A stretch of DNA of 64,000 nt from contig NC_042999.1 in assembly GCF_006345805.1 (NCBI RefSeq), positions 31,062,001-31,126,000 on the forward strand, in the 5' to 3' direction. Positions 53,552-64,000 of this stretch are shown here, one piece after another (position 1 is the stretch's first letter; each line of letters starts with the position of its first letter). Source of the DNA: Octopus sinensis. Lineage: Eukaryota. The position numbers and the translations under genes were made by a program. The notes under the pieces are model-generated. The model searched no databases. It worked only from the letters and a program-made list of their open reading frames with translations, and was not told the origin of the DNA.

Positions 53552-53971
53552 ATCGCCCTACCACCGTACATATCTCTATGAGTGATTTAGAAATTTAATA
53601 TTTCTGATTTTGGTAATTAGTGAATAAACTTCACTGAAAATTAGATATATACATTTACGGATCGGGACAGATATTCGCGGCTGACGGGCGTCTGCTACTC
53701 TAGACCGATGAAGGACAATGATCCTGAAACATGCGTGTCTCTAGATGCAGGCCTGGCTGCTGGGAGTGTTTGTCTCCCCTTCGTAAATGCATATAAGGAA
53801 ACAGGAATAATGTGTCAAAGCCATCAGGAAGCGTCGATGCTTCCTACGGCTAAACAGCGGTGGTGTAACCCCCTACTGTCACGTTCACGTAAGATTGACA
53901 GTATACAACCATTCTATCGTCCCACCACCGTACATATCTCTATGAGAGATTTAGAAATTTAATATTTCTGA
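53552..53971 (+). repeat. 56-bp direct repeat flanking about 310 bp that contains a degenerate hammerhead
   Basis: 53552-53607 vs 53916-53971 (3 differences); CCGATGA AGGA caatga TCCT GAAAC atgc GTG at about 53705-53738. Confidence 0.7.
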
Positions 53972-54584
53972 ATAATAAATTTGTACTCCAGAAAAGTATA
54001 GAGTAACACATCAGACTAATGTAAAATTGTTTTTTATGACTGAATGTAAAAGAAACATTAACACACACACACACACACATACATACAGACATAAACACAC
54101 AGTGGCTGAGTATCTCGTCGCTACCGGCCAATTTTCACAACAAACTACCTTTATCTCAATTATTATTTTTTTGTTCCATGTAAGACCGTGTCTTCTCCGA
54201 CGGATAAGCTTCTTGATCAAAACAGACTTTTGCAATATTTGGAGCAATTTATGATGTATCGATAAATTAATGTTTTGTTTTTCTATTTGGTGCATAAAGA
54301 TTTATCTTACCTGGCAGCTGATTGTCTTTCGACTTTGTCGCCATTATGAAATTCTTTACAAACAAACACACACGCATACACACACACCCTGAGTGATATA
54401 CATATACAAAGAGTGTGGTAAATATATAGAGATGGGAGAGTATACTATAACAAAAAACGTGAATGAAAGAGATAGACAAATAGTATGATAGTGTATGAGA
54501 GAGAGAGAGAAAATGAGAGAGAGAGAAAGAGAACGACAGAGAGGAAGAGATGGAGATAATGAGAGAGAGATGTTTTTTCATTTC

Positions 54585-54817
54585 GTTATTGTCCACAAGG
54601 GGCTAAACATAGCGAGGACACACAAGGACAGACAAACGGATTAAGTTGATTACATCGACCCCAGTGCGTAACTGGTACTTAATTTATCGAACCCGAAAGG
54701 ATGAAAGGCAAAGTCGACCTCGGCGGAATTTGAACTCAGAACGTAACGGCAGACAAAATACCGCTAAGCATTTCGCCCAGCTGCCAGGCGTGCTAACGTT
54801 TCTGCCAGCTCGCCACC
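54585..54817 (-). mobile_element. SINE family B
   Basis: Close match to 45582-46014. Confidence 0.88.
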
Positions 54818-54820
54818 TTA

Positions 54821-54852
<32 letters not shown>

Positions 54853-55049
54853 TGAGAGAGAGAGGTGGGGAGTAGGGTGCGTGAGAGATATACGTAGTGA
54901 TAAAATTTGAGGTAAATATATATATAGAGAGAGAGAGAAAGAGAGAGAGAGTAGAAGGCGTAAAAGCGAGAGAGTCTAATAGAGACAGATAGAGAGTAGT
55001 AGATTTGTCGATCTAAGAATTAAGTTATTTCTCGTAGCAAGTTACATTT

Positions 55050-55450
55050 TTTGATTAATTATAGCCAAAAACCTTGTTGCTGTGGCGTGGATTTCGAAAA
55101 TCAAATTCATTCTCTTAAGGATGTGCTGTATTTGTTCTCCGGTTCACCGGTTGTGTACCATCTAGGGTACAACTTCCTCACTACGCTGAGTGTTAGAATA
55201 CTTGAATGTCATAGACAGGCGAAACAACGCACCTCTGACCCGTTCAGGAGTGATGAATACTGATATTTCGCTATTTTTGTGGCTTACCGATACCACGTAC
55301 CCGAATCGAATCGCCAGTCGATGATTAATAACGAATCAAATGCAATGAGATCGAATCGAAAGAAATTTAACTTAGCATTCGAGTGATAGTCGAAACTTGT
55401 TACCGATGAGGTGGTAGAAACAGGGAACAGGTCGCAATATGGAATATATG
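55050..55450 (+). mobile_element. Possible Penelope-like GIY-YIG relic
   Basis: KDVLYLF...TTLSVRILECHRQ resembles the GIY-YIG NVIY...TLxxRxxxHR region; very degenerate. Confidence 0.35.
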
Positions 55451-56902
55451 TGTTTGGTATATGGAAGAAGGTAAAGAACAAAACGTTTTGAATAGAGCTC
55501 TTAACGAGATGATGGTGAAATGTTTAACATTCCAATTTGAGAAATGTATGAGAGCTTTTATAATCTGATTCTTTAGTTCTGCTTCTGCCTCACGCATATA
55601 CACGCACAAATAAATGGATACACATGTACATGTATATATGCGTTTGTATGTGTATATACGGGCTGCATGTAAGCATAATTCATAAGAGAAAGCCATTACA
55701 TATCCTAAAACACCCAAATATATTTGTAATGTTTATTGAACGCAAGACATATTGAAATTGGAACTGAGAGAAACGTTGGGAATGTAAGCAGGATGTGATG
55801 GAAGGACGATCAAAAAGTGTGTGTGTGTGTGGGGGGGGGGTGTTTGAGAACGAATGAGGGAAAGAAAATTTGAAAGACAGAAAAGCAAAGTTGAAGAATA
55901 GGAAGAAGTAGAGCTTAATATATTACTCTGGCTATGAGGGATTGTGCATACACACACACAGATAAATAGACACAGCCGCACACGTATTGATAGGCACACA
56001 TATATATATTTGTGTCCATATGTGCGTGTGTATGTATATACATTTGCGCACATATGCAAATACATACGCGCGCACAAAACCTGTCAAGATGTACGAGTCT
56101 CTCCGTTTTATCTGTGCGCATGTGTGTATGAACCTAAAGCCGTCTTTAATGTGATTATCTTTGAATGAACGTGTATTTATATCCATACCTGAGTGTATGC
56201 AACTGTTTATCTCTACGGATGTATATCTTTGCATTTATAAGCTGCAATATATATATATTCTATAACGGTTACAAGACGTGAGAGTATATTAAATACCTTA
56301 ATCTGTTACCTTAATAATATAAGACTGATTGATAAGGCGATTGGTCAGACATGACGTGTCATCAATTAAACGATTTGTTATTTCCATATAATGCCTGTCA
56401 AGATTAAGTATTTATATTTGGGCCATCAGCGATCTACCTACCTGTGAACCACAGGAGAAAATCCATAGTTTTCTGTTGTCTTTACATATTTCTTCCCAAG
56501 TTAGTAATATTGATTCCTGACATTGGCATAAGACCTCATGTTTAGGGAATAGTACTTATTGATTACTGAACGGTAACTCATCAACCATCAAGGAAAAACT
56601 ACTGTGATATTGACCTGTAATTTACCCCCTAAGAATGTAACCTTACGGCTGTTTTCCGCACTGTCGTAAATTCTCCTGTGACATCGACCAGTATCTCATT
56701 ACTTATAACAGTAATCCTATGATACCGATCAGATATTCACCACTACCAAGGTAACTGTCCCTTTGATAACCCTTTGAACCTCAGCTAAGAAATATTTCAC
56801 ACATCTGAATATATCAAATACTTGATGCCAACAAACGATGTGACACTCACCTCAAGGTGTCAGCTGTTGTTTTTATCGCTGTTAATATTGATGGTTTTGT
56901 TA

Positions 56903-57085
56903 AGGCGGCGAGTTGGAAAAATAGTTAACAAGCCGGGCAAAAATGTTTAGCGGCGTTTTATCTCACTTTACGTTTTGTGTTCAAATTCTGCCGAGTTCGA
57001 TTTTGCATATCATTATATCCCTGTCTGGATCAGTGAAATTAGTATCAGTTGAGCACTGGGATCGACGCAATCGACTTAGCCTCTC
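56903..57085 (+). mobile_element. Degenerate SINE family B
   Basis: aaggcggcgagttgg head, gttcaaattctgccgag B-box region. Confidence 0.6.
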
Positions 57086-57481
57086 CCTTAAAGTTTCTGA
57101 TCTTGTGTCAGAATTTGAAACCAATATCGACAGTATATTCTTTGGCATTTCACCAGGTCAACCTTATTTTATAATTTACTAGGTCAGAAGAAATAACAAC
57201 GCCAATGAGTTTTACAGAAAGTAGGATTAATGCCATGAATGTTGCCCTTAAATATAGTTAAGTGAATAAGTGCTTAAAAGATCTGAGTTGAGAGCAATTA
57301 CAAAAGGTTGACAAAAGGCGTAAGAGTGGCTGTGTGGTAAGTAGATTGCTTACGAACCACATGATTCCGTGTTCAGTCCCACTGCGTGGCACCTTGGGCA
57401 AGTGTCTTCTAATATAGCCTCGGGCCGACCAAAGCCTTGTGAGTGGATTTGGTAGACGGAAACTGAAAGAAGCCCGTCGTA

Positions 57482-57527
<46 letters not shown>

Positions 57528-57528
<1 letters not shown>

Positions 57529-58530
57529 CGGGAAGCTTTATGAAAATAGACAAAAGACGAAGTCAGGTGGAAAACAAACAAACAATTGTATTAGTATGGC
57601 GCTCAGGAAATATAAATAAAACAAGTCTTTAACGTTTCGAGCCTACGCTCTTCAACAGAAAGATACACAGAGAGAAAAAAAACACAGAAAGAAGGAGAGA
57701 AAAAAATGCGTGCAGTAACTAACGAATCAACATGGCGATCTGATTTCGGCCAGAGGTCAAAGATCAAACATGAGACGCGAGAGCGAAATAAGGGGAGATA
57801 ATAGGGTTAATAATAGGGTTGAATGACCAGCTCCAACATAAGGGTGAGTGTGTGTGTGTGTGTGTATGAGAGAGTATTAGTGCGTATGAGAGGTCTGGAC
57901 GTGTGTATAGGGCTGGTGTATGTATTAGTATGTATAAGGGTGTGTGTGTGTGTGTGTATGAGAGGTCTGGACGTGTGTATGTATAGGGTTGGTGTATGTA
58001 TTAGTATGTATTAGTACGTATTAGTACGTATTAGTATGTATAAGGGTGTGTGTGTGTGTGTGTATGAGAGAGTATAAGTGCGTATGAGAGGTCTGGACAT
58101 GTATATGTATAAGGTTGGTGTATGTATTAGTATGTATTAGTACGTATTAGTATGTATTAGTTGGTGTATGTATTAGTATGGCACATCATATATGATGTGA
58201 TGTGTAAAGTCGTGTGGTGTAGTGTGTAGAGAGAAGAGGGGGAAGGGGAGAAGAGGGGGATGAGAGGAGGGGAGAGAGAGGAGGGGGAGAGAGGGGAGGG
58301 GGAGAAGGAAGGGGAGGAGGATGGGAGGAGGAAAGAGGGAGAGGAGGAGAGAGAAGGGGAGTGAGGGAGCAGAGGGAAGGGGAAGAGGGAAGGAGGGAGG
58401 GAGGGATAGGGAAGAAGGGAAGGGGAGTAGGGGTGAAAGGATGAAGGACTGAAGAAGTAGGGTTCGGGGGGAAATAGGGGGAGAGGGGGGTTAGATGAGG
58501 AGGGGGGGAGAGTTGAGACCAAATGGTGTA
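57528..58530 (-). mobile_element. Penelope-like terminal segment with hammerhead, minisatellite and purine tract; related fragment at about 62340-62415
   Basis: Inserted in (TA)n; contains hammerhead 57626-57663, about 100-bp tandem units 57835-58190, GA-rich tract 58225-58520. Confidence 0.6.
57626..57663 (-). ncRNA. Minimal type I hammerhead fold with A6U core variant
   Basis: UCUUU CUGUUGA A GAGC guag GCUC GAAAC GUU AAAGA: perfect stems I and II, AACGUU palindrome. Confidence 0.65.
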
Positions 58531-58538
58531 TAAGAGCG

Positions 58539-58581
<43 letters not shown>

Positions 58582-59189
58582 TTATGTGTCTGTGCTTGTC
58601 CCCTCCCCAACATCACTTGACAACCGATGCTGGTATGTTACGTCCACGTAACCCAGCGGTTCGGCGAAAGAGCCCGATAGAATAAGTACAAGGCTTACAA
58701 AGAATAAGTCCTGCGGTCGATTTGCTCGACTAAAGACGGTGCTCCAGCATGGACACAGTCAAATGACTGAAACAACTAGAAGAATATACTAGGATGAAAA
58801 GCTAAGCATAATTAATAGTACGGATTTTGTGGGTTAGATACAACAAGGCTAATTAAACCTGGACTGTATCCGTGAATAACTCTATGCCAGTCAGTTCGGG
58901 TGGCATTGTATTAGAAGCTTTCAATGTTGCTTGTGTATGTAGCAACAAAAGCAACATCCCACATGTAAAAACACTACAAGATGGGCATAACATAAATGGG
59001 ATCATAAAGAAAACGTGTGTATTTGTGAAGGAATAGAGAAGGAAAATTCAACTGCTTTGAATGAGTAGCTCAATCTATACTTAGCTTCAGTCACAAATTT
59101 ATGGGTGCACATGTAGAAGCACTGAAGTTTGAGAAAGAGGGCATATAGGACGGTACCCATGGGGTTAATACTTGCGAGGATGGTACATA

Positions 59190-59580
59190 CTCTTTACTCT
59201 TTTACTCTTTTACTTGTTTCAGTCATTTGACTGCGGCCATACTGGAGCACCGCCTTTAGTCGAGAAAATGGACCCCGGGACATATTCTTTGTAAGCCCAG
59301 TACTTATTCTATCGGTCTCTTTTGCCGAACCGCTAAGTGACGGGGACGTAAACACACCAGCATTGGTTGTCAAGCAATGCTAGGGAGACAAACATATACA
59401 TTTATATATATACATATATAGGACAGGCTTCTTTCAGTTTCCGTCTAACAAATCCACTCACAAGGCATTGGTCGGCCCGGGTCTATAGCAGAAGACACTT
59501 GCCCAAGATGCCACGCAGTGGGACTGAACCCGGAACCATGTGGTTGGTTAGCAAGCTACTTACCACACAGCCACTCCTGT
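59190..59580 (-). mobile_element. SINE family A, full length
   Basis: Matches the 14495-14915 copy, including shared variants. Confidence 0.9.
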
Positions 59581-60645
59581 ATATGTATATATATATATAT
59601 ATATATTATATATATTATACATATGTGTTACATATATTATATATATATATATATACTATACCTATATATTATATGTATATATTATTTATATACATATATA
59701 TTATATATACATATATATTACATATATTATAAATATATTAAATAATATATATTATATATATATCATGTATATGAATGTGTATATATATGCGCGAGAATGC
59801 TTCATAACAATTTGTTCTACTCTCTCTCTCTCTCTACATCACTATAAATAGAGAGACCGATAGACAGATAGGTAAATAGATACTCTCCATATATTTATCG
59901 CACATTCGCTCTTGCATACATCATGCGCATGTCACATATGAAAGATGCATACTTTTTCTATCTTGATTTTTTTTCACTAAGATTTGATTGTACGATTGTA
60001 TCTGAAATGAAACCTTATGAATAGAAAATCAAAAAAAAAAAAAAAGAGAGAAAAGAGAGAGAGAGTGAGAGAGAAAAGAGAGACTTCGCTCCCAGATACG
60101 GCATTCAAGCAACACAAACGATTCCTTTTCTGTGTACGTTCAAAATCAACTATATAGCATCATTATTTCCATCATCATCATTACTCTCATTGATATTCTT
60201 CTCCCATCCTCATTATCATCATCATCATCCAAAATATGATCATGAACGGCATCAATGTCATGATCATTCACATCATCATAACAACGTATTTATTTATTTA
60301 TTTTATTTATTTATTCACCATCGCTTCTAAGCTATTCCCATCTACCAAAGTTTCACTGACAATATGTTGTTTTTTTCTCATTAAAATTTACTCATTCTCT
60401 CTACTCAGCATTCTTCTTATTTGCATCAGCTGTTTCTTCGAATCTCACACTCCTGCTTTTCTTTCATTCAATTCCACCGACTTCCATCTGTTTTCATCTT
60501 ATTTCAAATACTTTCCTCTTTCTATCATATATGACGATACACGCTACTCATCTTGCACAGTCACATAACAGCTCACGGCCGTTCACTCTTCTTATACATC
60601 CACGTGATGTGAGTATATATATATATATATATATTATACACACAC

Positions 60646-60684
<39 letters not shown>

Positions 60685-60755
60685 TTTATATTTATACACA
60701 CACATATATATATGTATATATATACATATACGTATAAACAAACATATTCATATAT

Positions 60756-60788
<33 letters not shown>

Positions 60789-60997
60789 GTATATATACGT
60801 ATATATACAATATATATATATACAAATATACATATATACATGTATATATACAGACATATATATACATATACATATTTTATGCATATATATATACATATTT
60901 TTGTACACATGATTATATATGCATGTATATATGTATATATATACGTAAGTATATATATTATATATACATACACACATATTTATATATGTGTGTTATA

Positions 60998-61047
<50 letters not shown>

Positions 61048-61152
61048 GTCTAAAGCCAGCTTGAGACGAAGATCTCTTGGGGCTATAAAGCTACAGTAAC
61101 AACACCTCCCCAATGTGGTTAGCCATGATAAGATGGCTTCTATACTTTACAT

Positions 61153-61184
<32 letters not shown>

Positions 61185-61213
61185 ATAATATATATATATA
61201 TATACGTACATAT

Positions 61214-61253
<40 letters not shown>

Positions 61254-61256
61254 TTA

Positions 61257-61376
<120 letters not shown>

Positions 61377-61419
61377 TACACAGACATGTTAGAAGTAAAT
61401 AGACACAGTTCATTTTCAA

Positions 61420-61915
61420 AATTTCTGGTCTAAGTGTCTTAATATGTATCAGCTGTGTAGAATTTACAATGTATTTAATCTTTTTCATTCCAGGTGCAAC
61501 TATACGAAACATGTGCGAAGAGTAATCCTGCCACGCACGAAAACATCAACAGAACTGTCAGATTTTCAAAGAGGTCTTTTTGGGTGGGCAATCTTATGCT
61601 GGTGTTAGCTAGCGAACAATTGCCAAAAATCATCCAATTCCTCTTGCTGTAGTTAATAGAATTATAGTGCAATTCAAACGCCAGGGAAAAGAATGATGAG
61701 ATTCTCGTCCCGGCCGACCTGGTCCCTCGGAATGGAGGCGTCTCGGTTTGAAGAGAATTGTGGAAAACGAATCCCGTTCGTAGGTTTCTAACATTGCGAA
61801 ACAGCTGGAAATTAGTCCAAGAACATATGTTACATATCTGCATAAGCTTGGTTATTATGGACGAGCAGCTATAAGGACACCTCTTCTTCAACCAATTAAT
61901 ATCAATGAAAAACTT
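61420..61915 (+). mobile_element. Tc1-like transposase N-terminal fragment (second family)
   Basis: [15 protein letters not shown]...SRPGRP...LKRIVENE...LHKLGYYGRAAIRTPLL, with stops. Confidence 0.75.
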
Positions 61916-61987
61916 TTGAAATTTGAAAGTGTCTATTTACTTCTTGCTTGTCTGTGTATACATACATTCACACACACACACACACAC

Positions 61988-62022
<35 letters not shown>

Positions 62023-62534
62023 CATATACATGCATATACATATACACACACATACACATACACATACACATATATGTATATATAAAGATACATATAAACA
62101 AACATATGTATATAAATATGCATATATATACATATGTATATATATAGATATTCATACACACACACACACACACACACACCACACACATATATATATATAT
62201 ATATTATAATAATATATTATCCTATATTCCATCATCTGTCTTCCATTTATTATTTACCTAACGCTCACTCTGATAGTGACCGTGCTTCACCAGTAAACTA
62301 AGGTGTAACCCATTCGTTTTATTATCCGTATGAATATATATATAGGGAGAGATAACGAAAGACGAAAACAGGTGGTGTACAAAACAAACAGAAGTATTAA
62401 TATAACACTCAGGAATTGAGTTATTTATTTATTTATTTTATTTATTTATTTATTGATTGTACGATTGTATCTGAAAAGAACCTTATGAATAGAAAATCAA
62501 AAAAAAAAAAGTCTTTTATATATATGTATATATA

Positions 62535-62578
<44 letters not shown>

Positions 62579-63064
62579 CATATATATATTCATATATCTA
62601 TATGCATGTTTCTGTAGAATTCCCTAGAATTGCTAAATTGCAGAATACTACACCTAAAAGTAACATACACTTTAATATTATTTTTAACTGAAGGGATAAA
62701 AATACTAGTGCTTACATCAAATTTTACTAAGAATCTGACCCTGCTGCATCTTACATCAACGGATGATTTAAGAGGCAACATGCTTTGATTTATCATCTGA
62801 AAGATTTGATATGTGAAACTCGGAATATTCGTATTCTATATTTTTGTGTGTCATTCTAATGTAACTGGAGAATCTGCACGAACCTCAACTCCGAGTTTCG
62901 CGTTACTGATCTGCAAGTAGACGGCCGTCCAAAGTTCGATAAAATGAGATTCAGAGTAACGATTAACTAAGATTATCAGCATCAATACATGAACATAACA
63001 TAGAAACCTACACACTTGCGTGTATGTTATAGGTATACCTACATGCATACACACACACACACAC

Positions 63065-63097
<33 letters not shown>

Positions 63098-63184
63098 TTA
63101 TATATATACACACACACACACACGTATATATATATATATATTTATATACATATATATATATACATACATACACACACACACACA

Positions 63185-63244
<60 letters not shown>

Positions 63245-64000
63245 ATATATATATATCGTAGTCATTATTATTTACACCCTAAGCCACCCTCCAGATACAG
63301 ATTTACCACCATAATGAAATGTAGAACGGAAGGCGACAGAATTCAATACTTTTTTATTTGGATTCAAGATATCTTCTGACAAACTATCATTGACTTTCTT
63401 ATCTATTCTCCATCAATATGTAATCTTCCATAGTCTCTTTATCCATGCAATCAAGTCACTATATATATCCATGATTCAGCCATCGTTTCTACATCAATTC
63501 ATGAGCTTGTTCTAGGACCCATATCACCGACGCTTGTTGCACTTTCAAAATTATGCCACTCTATATTTGTTGTTACTTGTGTAGCTGCTACTTAACTCTA
63601 GGTTGAATCTGATACTGAGAAGTTCTAGCATAATGATGTCCCAGCCATGGTCATCACATCTATTGTATTAATAGTATTACACTATCCATTTGTGTACATC
63701 GATGTTTAAGCTATTAATGTCTTGTTGTAGCAGATTTCCTTGCTGTTTTCTTGCAGTCACCACGAGAAAAAAATACCTCGTTCTGTGGTTACGCCTTTAT
63801 TCAAAGGTTTATGCATAAGTGTTCCGTAAATCGAAACTGGCACCTGGTTTCAAACCACAGTTCGAATAATTGCATTAGCGCTCAGTAGAGGCCAACTGAA
63901 ACACGAGTACGTGCACGTTAGACTAGCTAAAATTAGCAGCTAAATTTCTCAGAAAATATATCTTACTGTATATTAAAGTGGGTTTAGGACAATATAAACT

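Larger units (their letters stand above)
57315..58785 (+). mobile_element. SINE family A split by an about 1-kb insertion in its internal microsatellite
   Basis: 5' half 57315-57481 and 3' half 58580-58785 are collinear with intact copies. Confidence 0.85.

Noticed and set aside
54311-54353. Minus-strand ATG-containing exon candidate MATKSKDNQLP with CAG|gtaaga donor
   Set aside because: Not a signal peptide or pro-domain sequence, and its phase-1 end does not fit the phase-0 exon at 23441; could be chance or another gene

Overview
AT-rich, microsatellite-saturated eukaryotic genomic DNA. The SINE families and repeat landscape suggest an octopus/cephalopod genome (inference). One protein-coding gene is supported: a matrix metalloproteinase (MMP) on the minus strand. 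Seven exons (23441 down to 2740) splice with consistent GT-AG sites and phases into 412 aa: catalytic domain with [11 protein letters not shown] and Met-turn, Pro-rich hinge, four-blade hemopexin domain and a hydrophobic GPI-signal-like C-terminus. The signal peptide, pro-domain and PRCG exons were not found, so 23442-64000 is probably one very large 5' intron. The rest is transposon debris. It includes several tRNA-derived SINE families, an RTE LINE relic, Penelope-like (PLE) relics, and DNA transposons (DD36E Tc1-like, mariner, Tigger/pogo, hAT, Merlin/ISXO2, MITEs). The most notable signal is three complete minimal hammerhead ribozyme folds: one canonical, one U3-A8 covariant and one A6U variant. 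One of them sits in a short element that fuses a Pol III tRNA-like head to a PLE-type hammerhead. All alignments, folds and translations were done by eye; no database searches were run.
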